This document shows positions 42,842-50,861 of a stretch of 64,000 bases of DNA, one piece after another. Each line of letters starts with the position of its first letter. The stretch's first letter is position 1. Source of the stretch: Vampirovibrionales bacterium. Its GTDB lineage: Bacteria > Cyanobacteriota > Vampirovibrionia > Vampirovibrionales > Vampirovibrionaceae. The stretch spans positions 23,286 to 87,285 of the forward strand of contig JADJRF010000001.1 in NCBI GenBank assembly GCA_016712355.1. Reading direction: 5' to 3'. The notes under the pieces were generated by a model, which saw only the letters and a program-made list of their open reading frames with translations, was not told the DNA's origin and did not search any database. A program made the position numbers and the translations under genes.

Positions 42842-44643
42842 TGACCGTGCGCCTCATTGCCGGCAGTGCGCACGACCTGAGCGCACTGCCGGATGGTTCG
42901 ATCCATCTTGCTGCGTTTTCGCCGCCCTATCTAGGGCTGCGCAAGTACCACGGCGATCAGGGCGTTGCGTGGCCGGCGGTGACATACGCACCGATGGTCA
43001 ATACGCCCGCCGTCACCGTGCCGGCGATGACCTGTCCGCTTGGCAACGAAGCAACCATCGAAGCATACATCGGTCATCTTGTGCTGGTGCAGCGCGAAGT
43101 GTGGCGCGTGCTGCGCGATGACGGTGTATGCTTTGTGAATTTGGGGGACAGCTACGCCAACGACGATAAGTGGGGCGGAACAACAAGCGGAAAACACACA
43201 TTGGCTTTACACGGTGAGCCTGTAGGGAGAGTCCGCCGACATACCGGATTGAAACCCAAAGACTTGACGCTTGTGCCGGCGCGCTTTGCGTTGGCGATGC
43301 AGGCGGAGGGCTGGTATATCCGCAACGACATCATTTGGGCGAAAGGCGTCAGTTTCAACCCGGTTTACTCCGGCTCGACGCTCCCTATGTCGCGCACGGA
43401 TGCCTTCACCCAGTCGCACGAGTACGTGTGGTTGCTTGCCAAGCAGGAACGCTATTTCTTCGACCTGTACGCCGTCAAGGAAGCGCCGGCCAGCTACACG
43501 CGTAAAGGCGGCGCCGCGCCCTACACGGCCAACGGCAGCACAACCAACGGCGTCGGCTCCAAAAGCCTGCATCAGATGAGCGTCGCCGGGCGCACGCCGC
43601 GCACGGTCTGGACGATCAACCCCACCGGCTATCGCGGTGCGCATTTTGCCGTGTGGCCGGAAGAATTGGTCGAGAAGTTAGTGCGCGTGGGCACTTCCGC
43701 CAAAGGCGTGTGTCCGACGTGCGGCGCGCCGTGGAAACGCGTCGTCCAGAAGCAGCCGGCATCCTCACGCACCGTCAACGGCAGCGGGCCGCACGGCGAG
43801 CACGGCTTCATCGGCTCCAGCCGCGTCGATGATCCGCTGGAGTACAGCACGTTCGGCTGGATTCCCACCTGCAACTGCTATTTTGGCGGCGATTATCGTC
43901 CCGACGATTTCGAGGTCGTGTGGTCGCCCACCGGCGAGCAGAGCGAAGACGATCCTTCTCTGGAGACCGGGCGCGCCGGCTGGAACCGCACGCGTGCCGG
44001 CAACGAAGGCCGGCACCCGATGACGCGTTACGAGCAGCGCCACTACGCTGACCAGTTGCGCAGATCGCCCCACCGCGCCGAGATGAAAACCGAAGCCGGC
44101 GCAGCCGCGTTCGCTCACTATTTGCGCACCGACCGTGCTGGCGCCCGCCCTGTGCCGGTTGCGCTTTTGGATCGTTGGATCGACGCCGGTTGGCTGACGC
44201 GTGTCGAGGTTCCTTTTCATGTGCCGGCGTTGCTGGATGATCCCGAACTGCCGGAAGACGCCATTGCGCCGGCGGTGTGCGCGCGGTGTGATGGCAGCGG
44301 CGTGGATGCGTTGCCGATGTTTGGCGACGCGCTGCCGTGCCCGGCGTGCGGCGGCCAGCCCGTAACCGGCGGCAACGATGCGTGGCGACGCTGGAGAGCG
44401 GAAGCCGACGAAGCGCAAGCGAACCGGCAATTGGTGCTTGACCGCATTGCGGCGCTTGGCAATCTACCGGTTGCGCCGGCGGTGGTGCTCGACGTGTTCT
44501 CCGGTTCCGGTACAACCGGCGCGGTGGCGACGCAGCTTGGGCGCGACTACATCGGCATCGACATCAACCCAGGTTATCACGCGTTGGCCGAGGAACGCAT
44601 CGGCGCGACGCAGATCGATCTATTCGCAGGAGAAACACCGTGA
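42841..44643 (+). CDS. Beta-class N4/N6 DNA methyltransferase with large Cys-rich insertion
   Basis: ATGA-type overlap. Motif IV AFSPPY near the N-terminus, motif I VLDVFSGSGTTGAVA at the C-terminus. CPTCG and CARCDGSG...CPACGG zinc motifs lie between them. Confidence 0.85.
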   Translation: MTVRLIAGSAHDLSALPDGSIHLAAFSPPYLGLRKYHGDQGVAWPAVTYAPMVNTPAVTVPAMTCPLGNEATIEAYIGHLVLVQREVWRVLRDDGVCFVNLGDSYANDDKWGGTTSGKHTLALHGEPVGRVRRHTGLKPKDLTLVPARFALAMQAEGWYIRNDIIWAKGVSFNPVYSGSTLPMSRTDAFTQSHEYVWLLAKQERYFFDLYAVKEAPASYTRKGGAAPYTANGSTTNGVGSKSLHQMSVAGRTPRTVWTINPTGYRGAHFAVWPEELVEKLVRVGTSAKGVCPTCGAPWKRVVQKQPASSRTVNGSGPHGEHGFIGSSRVDDPLEYSTFGWIPTCNCYFGGDYRPDDFEVVWSPTGEQSEDDPSLETGRAGWNRTRAGNEGRHPMTRYEQRHYADQLRRSPHRAEMKTEAGAAAFAHYLRTDRAGARPVPVALLDRWIDAGWLTRVEVPFHVPALLDDPELPEDAIAPAVCARCDGSGVDALPMFGDALPCPACGGQPVTGGNDAWRRWRAEADEAQANRQLVLDRIAALGNLPVAPAVVLDVFSGSGTTGAVATQLGRDYIGIDINPGYHALAEERIGATQIDLFAGETP

Positions 44644-44810
44644 TTTGGTTCACCCCACCCCACATTTTGGAGATCGTCGCGCCGGTCGAGTTTGGCGCCG
44701 TCGTGCTCAATCCGCCCTTCACGACAAGCGAAGCCGGGACGCAATCCGCCGATCATTCGGCGGATAAAGACGCGCCGGCGGAAAGTGACGAGGAGATTGC
44801 CTGTGAGTAA
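44640..44810 (+). pseudogene. Mini-ORF carrying an orphan methyltransferase motif IV (FTPP...VVLNPPF)
   Basis: GTGA-coupled 56-aa ORF VIWFTPPHILEIVAPVEFGAVVLNPPFTT... looks like motifs X and IV of a gamma-class m6A MTase without the SAM-binding core. Confidence 0.3.
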
Positions 44811-45633
44811 GCGCGTCTTTCAGCCGATACCGGAACAGCAGTCGCGCTCGATGCAGAAGCGCATCCTGGCCGAAGCGCAGCGCGACGGCACGATGCATAC
44901 GCTCTACTGGTATGTCGAGATTCGCCTGCCGATGCGCTGGCACGAGCACGGTCGCAACCTACTGCGACCGGCGTCTTTCCCGCATGAGTGGGTGCCGGTG
45001 ATCCCGGTTGGCGACGATCCGAAGGACTCGGAACGCGCGGCGGTGGCGCTGCGCGATGCGTTTGCAAAGGACAATCCCGACCGGGGATTTTCGTTTAGCG
45101 TTTGCCTGACCGCCGCCGACATCCTCGACAGCAGCGGCGTGACATGGTACCGGTACGGGCTGGAGGAACCCTGGGGCGCCAGCAAGCCGGAACCGGTTTG
45201 GGACGCGGTGTGCCCCGTATGCGGCGCGGTGACGCGCGGCGAGCCGTGCGCGTGTCTGGTGGAAGCGGCGCCGCCGGCCATCGTTGCCGACAGCGCCGGC
45301 GTCTGGCACGTGTATGAGGCTGGCGCGGTTGTGTGCGGCGTCGAGACCGGGATGGGCGCGTTTGTGACGCCTGAGCGGGCAGCGTGGCCGGCGCTGGCGT
45401 TATGCGAGCAGTGTGTAGCGGCAAGCAGCGAACGTGTGCTTGCCTTGATCATCGGGAAAGGAATCAAGCATGTCGATCAAACCGTTGGGGCGCAAAGCCT
45501 ACGGAAGCATTCCGCATCTACCTGGCAGCCGCACCGGGCCTGCCGATTGGTCGTGCCACGAAGGACAGGCGCGCATCTGCACCGTCACGCGTCGCGACGC
45601 CAGAGACGTGATCGTTGTGCAGCAGAAACTTGA
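44803..45633 (+). CDS. Hypothetical Cys-containing protein (3' end overlaps next gene)
   Basis: GTG 44803, in frame with ORF 44692..45633; 164-nt overlap with the RNA-ligase gene. Confidence 0.45.
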   Translation: MSKRVFQPIPEQQSRSMQKRILAEAQRDGTMHTLYWYVEIRLPMRWHEHGRNLLRPASFPHEWVPVIPVGDDPKDSERAAVALRDAFAKDNPDRGFSFSVCLTAADILDSSGVTWYRYGLEEPWGASKPEPVWDAVCPVCGAVTRGEPCACLVEAAPPAIVADSAGVWHVYEAGAVVCGVETGMGAFVTPERAAWPALALCEQCVAASSERVLALIIGKGIKHVDQTVGAQSLRKHSASTWQPHRACRLVVPRRTGAHLHRHASRRQRRDRCAAET

Positions 45634-46294
45634 CGGGTCGTGCTGCGCCGTGGCGCGCATCGGTGACGAGATCGTCGCCTTGTCGCGCGCCGGCTATCGT
45701 GCCGAGACCTCGCCCTATATCCAGCACTGGGTCTTCGCCTGGTGGGTGGATCAGCGGGCGCGGCGCTTTCGTGAGTTTCTGGCGGATGGCGAGCGCGTGG
45801 TCGGTGAGTGGCTGGCGTTGGCGCACGGCACGCGATACGACTTGCCGCACGAACCGTTCGTGGTCTTCGACATCATGCGCGGCAGTGAGCGTGCGCCCTT
45901 CCTGGAAGTGATGGCGCGCTGTGCGTGGGGCGGCGGCGTGGGGCGTCCATTCACTATGCCGCAACTGATCAGCTACGGGCCGGCGGTGCATGTGGATGAT
46001 GCCATGATGCGTCTGAGTGCGCGCCTGCACGGTGCGTCCGACAATATCGAGGGTATCGTCTATCGCGTTGAGTATGACGGCAAGGTCGATTTCCTTGCCA
46101 AGTACGTCGATCACGACAAGGTGGATGGCATTTACCTGCCAGAGATCAGCGGCAAGCCGGCGGTGTGGAACCGGTTCATGGGCACGCGTCTCAACGAGAT
46201 GTTCGACCTGCCGATGATTACGGAGTGGGCGGCAGGACGGGCAAAAGCATTCATCCAAACAGAAAAGGAAACCGAAGATGGCAGCGATCTTTGA
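45470..46294 (+). CDS. ATP-dependent RNA ligase family nucleotidyltransferase
   Basis: YGSIPHLPGSR, motif I VVQQKLDGSC (KxDG), VVGEWL, IEGIVYR. Confidence 0.7.
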   Translation: MSIKPLGRKAYGSIPHLPGSRTGPADWSCHEGQARICTVTRRDARDVIVVQQKLDGSCCAVARIGDEIVALSRAGYRAETSPYIQHWVFAWWVDQRARRFREFLADGERVVGEWLALAHGTRYDLPHEPFVVFDIMRGSERAPFLEVMARCAWGGGVGRPFTMPQLISYGPAVHVDDAMMRLSARLHGASDNIEGIVYRVEYDGKVDFLAKYVDHDKVDGIYLPEISGKPAVWNRFMGTRLNEMFDLPMITEWAAGRAKAFIQTEKETEDGSDL

Positions 46295-46568
46295 TGTCGA
46301 GGAGTTCGAGCCGGTTGCACTCAGCCGGACAAGCAAGAAGCCCAAAGCGCCGGCTAAAGGCAAGGCCGCCAGCGCGCTGAAGACCTACAAGAAGAAGGTG
46401 GGCGCGTTCTACGCAAAGCGCCGCGCGTGGACGGCCAGCGCCAAGCGCACGGAGCTTGAGCGCATCGCCGCATTCTGCCTGCAAGAGCGCATCGACCTGG
46501 ACGAGCAGCGCGACGGCATTGCGATCCTGCTCAAGCTCTACCGGACGAAAGCGGCGAGGCCGGCATGA
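46278..46568 (+). CDS. Hypothetical basic protein
   Basis: ORF overlapping the upstream stop. Confidence 0.5.
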   Translation: MAAIFDVEEFEPVALSRTSKKPKAPAKGKAASALKTYKKKVGAFYAKRRAWTASAKRTELERIAAFCLQERIDLDEQRDGIAILLKLYRTKAARPA

Positions 46569-46804
46569 CGACAAACACACCTGCCGGCACTAAATGCACC
46601 TGGGAAAACTGCAATCGCCCCGCCTCGCATCCGCAAATAGAAAGCACGGGCGAACAGTGGGCGAATTTGTGCGACGAGCACACAGCAGAACTGGATGCGT
46701 CTGTCGATTCGCTCGATCCTGGGGACATGTTACGCACGTGGATTCTCGCCGCTGGCGGCGTCGATGCAATGATGCGTGCCATCACAAAGGAGTCGCCGGC
46801 ATGA
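46565..46804 (+). CDS. Hypothetical protein
   Basis: ATGA overlaps at both ends. Confidence 0.5.
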   Translation: MTTNTPAGTKCTWENCNRPASHPQIESTGEQWANLCDEHTAELDASVDSLDPGDMLRTWILAAGGVDAMMRAITKESPA

Positions 46805-47280
46805 AGATGCACCTACGCTATCTCTGGTATGTGCTGCGCCACAAGTGGTACGTTTTCACGGAGTGCGTGCGCCTGGGCATCCCGTGGGCCGGCGTCACGC
46901 ACGACTGGCAGAAGTTTACGCGCGCCGAGTGGCGCCCGTATGCGCTGACCTTCTACGGCGGGTATGAGCGTAAGGATCGCCCGGCCTGGCTGGTGACGGA
47001 CTTCGAGCGCGCCTGGCGTCATCACCTACTCCACGGGCCGCATCACTGGGAGCACTGGATTATCAAAGCCGGCGACTTTTCCGAGTGCGCGGCAATGCCG
47101 AAGCGCTACGTGCGCGAGATGGTGGCCGATTGGTACGGCGCCGGCTGTGCGCGCAACGGCGCACCCAAAGGCGCGGATCGCTATGCAGAGGTGCGTGTTT
47201 GGTACAGCAAGCAAGGCGACCGCATTCGCCTTCACCCCGTCACGCGCTACCAGGTCGAGCACCTGATTGGACTGAGATGA
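46801..47280 (+). CDS. Conserved-looking phage protein, His/Trp-rich
   Basis: ATG 46801, in frame with ORF 46594..47280; HHLLHGPHHWEHW motif. Confidence 0.55.
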   Translation: MKMHLRYLWYVLRHKWYVFTECVRLGIPWAGVTHDWQKFTRAEWRPYALTFYGGYERKDRPAWLVTDFERAWRHHLLHGPHHWEHWIIKAGDFSECAAMPKRYVREMVADWYGAGCARNGAPKGADRYAEVRVWYSKQGDRIRLHPVTRYQVEHLIGLR

Positions 47281-47284
47281 CCTG

Positions 47285-47791
47285 ATGCCAACTACCGCCG
47301 AGCAAATCCGCCAACTGAAAGAACGCATCCGCGCAAACGGAGGACAGATCGTCGCCATCGACGGCGTGCCCTATCGGGACGGCGCGCCCCAAAGCGGTGA
47401 AAGATCACCGGATAAGCGCCAGCGCGCCAGGCGCACCACGCCGGCGGCGGGCAGCCCGCTGGAAGCGAAGTTCCTCGATACGTGGCGCGCGTTGTGCCCG
47501 GAGGTCGAGTTGGTGCGCGAGTATATGCCCGTGCCCGATGTTGCCAGATGGCGCGCCGACTTTGCGATTCCGGCGCTGCGCATCATGATCGAGGTGGATG
47601 GCGGCACGTGGGAGAAAGGCGTCAAGGGGCACGGCTATGGCGCTGGCGCGACGCGCGACGCCGTGAAGCAAAACGCCGCGGTGCTGGCCGGCTGGCGTGT
47701 CTTTCGCTTTACGACCGACATGCTGCACAAGCGCGCTATCGTCGCCAGCATCACGCCGATTATCGAGTTGGTGCGAAGCGAACTGGCGTAG
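47285..47791 (+). CDS. Vsr/DUF559-like endonuclease-fold protein
   Basis: SPLEAKFLD...WRADFAIPALRIMIEVDGG...AGWRVFRFT fits the D...E-x-D/K core of Vsr/DUF559 nucleases. Confidence 0.55.
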   Translation: MPTTAEQIRQLKERIRANGGQIVAIDGVPYRDGAPQSGERSPDKRQRARRTTPAAGSPLEAKFLDTWRALCPEVELVREYMPVPDVARWRADFAIPALRIMIEVDGGTWEKGVKGHGYGAGATRDAVKQNAAVLAGWRVFRFTTDMLHKRAIVASITPIIELVRSELA

Positions 47792-47808
47792 AGGATTGCC
47801 AGCAAAGC

Positions 47809-47838
47809 AAGAAGCCCGGTCATGCGACCGGGCTTCTT
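47809..47838. terminator. Bidirectional terminator between convergent genes
   Basis: AAGAAGCCCGGTC-atgc-GACCGGGCTTCTT followed by TGTTGTT. Confidence 0.7.
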
Positions 47839-47843
47839 TGTTG

Positions 47844-48545
47844 TTACTCGTTATGCGGGCGTCCCGGCCCGTCCGCTGGCTTGTGATCGACGGCCTCGAC
47901 ATCGGTCAACACCCAGGCGTTGCCGAGCTTGCGCCCGACGCCGTGCTTGGCGTGCAGGTACTTGACGTGCGCCTGTGCGCGGCGGATGCTGACGCCCCAC
48001 TCAGCCGCGAGTTGAGGGATCGTGCGCAGATGAGCGTTGCGGTCTGCCGGCTCCACGGCATCGGCAAACGAGCGCGCCGCTCGAATTTCCGTGCCGAGTG
48101 TTTGGCCGTTGATCTTGCCGCCGGCATACGCCTGGTGCGCATCCTTGATGAAGCCTTCGGCGTCGCGGCGGGCGTCCCACTGCGTGTAGGGTTCGGGCAG
48201 TGGCAGCCCCTGCGCCCACCGGTCGAACGCTTCCGCCGGCGGCATGTTGGCAACGATGTCGATCAGGCGCCGGCACTGCGCCAGGTCTGCCCACTCAGCC
48301 AGTTCGCTTTCGGCGCCGGCTGGCGGGCCGACGAGCACCATGTTGAAGACGTGGACGGTGCCCTTGTCCGGTTCGCCCGGCATGGGCACGACGCGGGCGG
48401 CAAAGCCGCGTCCGGTCAACTCATCGGCGGCCATGTGCAGGCGCCGCAGGTAAATGGCAATTTCCAGGTCTTCGATCTGCCACCGCCCCAGGGCGGCGAC
48501 AGTATCGATGTGCTTCTGAAAGACGATGATTGGTTGCGCTTCCAT
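47844..48545 (-). CDS. Hypothetical protein with C-terminal HTH
   Basis: TIPQLAAEWGVSIRRAQAHVKYL. Confidence 0.55.
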   Translation of the reverse strand: MEAQPIIVFQKHIDTVAALGRWQIEDLEIAIYLRRLHMAADELTGRGFAARVVPMPGEPDKGTVHVFNMVLVGPPAGAESELAEWADLAQCRRLIDIVANMPPAEAFDRWAQGLPLPEPYTQWDARRDAEGFIKDAHQAYAGGKINGQTLGTEIRAARSFADAVEPADRNAHLRTIPQLAAEWGVSIRRAQAHVKYLHAKHGVGRKLGNAWVLTDVEAVDHKPADGPGRPHNE

Positions 48546-48592
48546 AGGTGATCCTTTCGCCGGGTTTAGCCGCCCGGCTCGGCGTTAAACGT

Positions 48593-48943
48593 CTAGTCGC
48601 TCATCCGGTCGTAGCAGTCCGGGCAGGAGGTGCCCAGGCTGGCGTTCATTACCTGCGCCGCCGGCACGCTGTGGCCGCACGAGCAGCGCACCAGCTTCAC
48701 TGGCTGCGGCGTCCGCTTGCGACGGATGACGCCGTAGCCGTGGTCGTAGTAGTAGTTCGGTGACTCGCACCACCGAACCGTAGCGCCGCCGGCCAGCATG
48801 AATTCGATAGCCGGCACGGTTGTGTTGTTCATCGTCGCGGCTTTTTCGATGGCGGCGGCGAGCGTCTCGGCTGTCGCCGGTTTGAACGTCACGCCGAAAC
48901 TGCCAACGTAGCCGTCAGTGATCTCAAACTCTGATGCGTTCAT
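48593..48943 (-). CDS. Hypothetical protein with C-terminal zinc ribbon
   Basis: CSCGH...CPDC. Confidence 0.5.
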   Translation of the reverse strand: MNASEFEITDGYVGSFGVTFKPATAETLAAAIEKAATMNNTTVPAIEFMLAGGATVRWCESPNYYYDHGYGVIRRKRTPQPVKLVRCSCGHSVPAAQVMNASLGTSCPDCYDRMSD

Positions 48944-48952
48944 GTCCCCCTC

Positions 48953-49297
48953 CTAGACCAACCACTCAATGCTGTCGAACGCCGTTTCCGGTCGTTCGTA
49001 AAACCAGTACCCCTTCTCGGCGGCGTAAAACTTCACTTGCCAGCCACCGAAGCGACCGCGGTCACGCGCCGGGAAAACTTCCGCCACCCGCTCGCCGCCA
49101 CGTACCAGGTAAGCGAGAACCGGGATGGCGCCGTCGAACTCCATGAATGCACGCGGGTTGTAGCCCGCCGCTTCGATCCGCTCATTCAGCCCGGCGGGGT
49201 TTTCCGAAGAACTGTACGGTTCCGCCGGCTGGTACCGGCCATTCATAGATTCCCACCGCATCGGCTTGCCCGTGATAGGGCAGACAAAAGATTCCAT
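48953..49297 (-). CDS. Hypothetical protein
   Basis: AAAGGAGGA SD on the minus strand, then ATG 49297. Confidence 0.5.
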   Translation of the reverse strand: MESFVCPITGKPMRWESMNGRYQPAEPYSSSENPAGLNERIEAAGYNPRAFMEFDGAIPVLAYLVRGGERVAEVFPARDRGRFGGWQVKFYAAEKGYWFYERPETAFDSIEWLV

Positions 49298-49320
49298 CCG
49301 ATCCTCCTTTTACTTATTTA

Positions 49321-49406
49321 TACGCAATTGCGTACAAATTCAGTATAGCACAGGTTTGCCCGCCTGAATCATACGATTACCCTACGAAATTATACGCTAT
49401 TGCGTG
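49321..49406. promoter_or_regulatory. Divergent control region with two TACGCAATTGCGTA-type operators
   Basis: Perfect 14-bp palindrome at 49321-49334 and an imperfect copy TACGCTATTGCGTG at 49393-49406 (72 bp apart). Confidence 0.5.
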
Positions 49407-49443
49407 CAATTGATTTTTATAGGTCGAATTTTAGTCAAATATG

Positions 49444-49488
49444 TTGACTGTATATGCATACAGTGATAATCTACGCGTATCGGCAATT
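49444..49488 (+). promoter_or_regulatory. Promoter with spacer palindrome and GGCAATT box
   Basis: TTGACT 49444-49449; CTGTAT-atgc-ATACAG in the spacer; GATAAT/TAATCT at 49465-49472; GGCAATT 49482-49488. Confidence 0.5.
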
Positions 49489-49516
49489 CAATTTCCTCAC
49501 GCAAAGGGGTGACACC

Positions 49517-50032
49517 ATGACGAAGGAAGAATTTGAGGTGGTCGCGGAACTGGTCGCGCTGGCGCGGCGTCCGCTCGACACGGGTAGTTTCGACCGGCGC
49601 GGCATCGCCCAGTCGCTGCGTTTGATGCGCAAGCGCGGGTTGTCGGCGCCCCAGGCCGTTGCGGTGGTAGATCGGCTCAATCGGCGCGACGACCTGCCGA
49701 TGTGGGAGCATCGGCCCCAGTTGCCCGACATGACGCCGGCTGAGCGGATGCAGTGCTTCGCCTGGTCGCGCTTCGGGTTAAACCGGCGAGAGCTCCTCGA
49801 CGCGCTGCGCGATGGCAGCGTCTACACGGCGTTGCACGCGGCGTTCGACCCGGAGCACGAAGACGTGTTCCGCCTGGAGCGCATCCGGCGTGAAGGCCGG
49901 CGCTACACGATCACCGTGCAGCTTGTGCAGCGGAAGGACGGCCACTGGCGCAAGCGCGGTGCGCCGACGACGGAAGCCATCGCGTTCGAGCGCGTCCTGC
50001 GCGGCGCGCCAGTTCTCTACACACTGAGGTAA
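49517..50032 (+). CDS. Hypothetical protein
   Basis: GGGGTGA SD then ATG 49517. Confidence 0.5.
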   Translation: MTKEEFEVVAELVALARRPLDTGSFDRRGIAQSLRLMRKRGLSAPQAVAVVDRLNRRDDLPMWEHRPQLPDMTPAERMQCFAWSRFGLNRRELLDALRDGSVYTALHAAFDPEHEDVFRLERIRREGRRYTITVQLVQRKDGHWRKRGAPTTEAIAFERVLRGAPVLYTLR

Positions 50033-50033
50033 T

Positions 50034-50354
50034 ATGCGAGTACAGATCGATCTATCCGAGGCGCTGGCGAACTGGCTGGCGGATTACGGCGGCAACGTCG
50101 AAGCCGGCATCCTGGCCGCGGCGCGCGTCGCCGGCTTCACCGGATCGGTGCGCCACCCGATCACGGTGTCAGAGTGCATGTTGCGCGCGGCTGAGCAGTA
50201 CGGCGTCGCCGTCGCACGCAACGTGATCACCACGGCGTGTCAGCGCCACGCACTGACGGCGCGCAAGAGCGGCGACACGTGGCTGGTTGACTCGACGGCG
50301 TTCGATGCATGGCTGGCGCGATACGTGGCGCGAGAAACGCATCTTTCGCGATGA
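50034..50354 (+). CDS. Hypothetical protein, possible excisionase-type HTH at C-terminus
   Basis: ...ITVSECMLRAAEQYGVAVARNVITTACQRHALTARKSGDTWLVDSTAFDAWL. Confidence 0.45.
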   Translation: MRVQIDLSEALANWLADYGGNVEAGILAAARVAGFTGSVRHPITVSECMLRAAEQYGVAVARNVITTACQRHALTARKSGDTWLVDSTAFDAWLARYVARETHLSR

Positions 50355-50545
50355 AATAGATGTACAGTACAGCTATTTCAGTGTGCTGGCCGGCTGTACC
50401 GAGTGCGTAGGCGGCGACGTGGGTACAGCCGGCGCCACACTGGAGACGCCGGCTGTACAGTCCGGTACGGTACAGCCGGAAGCGCACAGAAAGGCGCGAA
50501 ATGACGGTGTAGGCGCACTTTCGCGGTGTACCGCACTGTACTGAA
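50354..50545. repeat. Non-coding GTAC-rich inverted-repeat cluster
   Basis: Nine GTAC cores. Two hairpins share the same stem: GCCGGCTGTACC/GGTACAGCCGGC (50389-50433) and CCGGCTGTAC/GTACAGCCGG (50449-50479). Also AAATAG...CTATTT at 50354-50378. Confidence 0.7.
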
Positions 50546-50563
50546 TTAGTAAAGGAAAAACAA

Positions 50564-50845
50564 ATGGTTATCAAGTTAGGTTTGATTGCTAACCGGCATC
50601 CTTTGCCGGTTAGCGAGTATTTGATGGAGGCTGACGCTACCGAGCGGTACGGTTATCATCAGGGGTTGTACGATGAAATCATCCGCCGAACAGCGCGGTA
50701 TGCCGGTGTCGATGTCCGTCTATATGCGACCGGCCTCACGATTGCGGCGATTGCGGCGGTCAAAGGTCTGGAGGCTGCTGGCTGCACGGTTGTGGTGATG
50801 AACTATGATCGTGAGTCTGACAGCTACATTGAAATTAGTTTGTAG
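50564..50845 (+). CDS. Hypothetical small alpha/beta protein
   Basis: AAAGGAAAAA then ATG; looks lower in GC than its neighbours (by eye). Confidence 0.5.
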   Translation: MVIKLGLIANRHPLPVSEYLMEADATERYGYHQGLYDEIIRRTARYAGVDVRLYATGLTIAAIAAVKGLEAAGCTVVVMNYDRESDSYIEISL

Positions 50846-50861
50846 GAGGAAGCGGATTTCT

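Noticed and set aside
44803-45633. 164-nt overlap between ORF 44803-45633 and the RNA-ligase gene as a programmed frameshift
   Set aside because: No slippery heptamer or downstream structure was recognised. The overlap is more likely the out-of-frame tail of the upstream ORF, or an indel. Read-level data are needed to decide.
50227-50574. ORFs 50227-50574 (-) and 50287-50544 (+) spanning the GTAC repeat island
   Set aside because: They overlap each other and the upstream gene, have no SD, and their translations are driven by the repeats. The region is better explained as non-coding.
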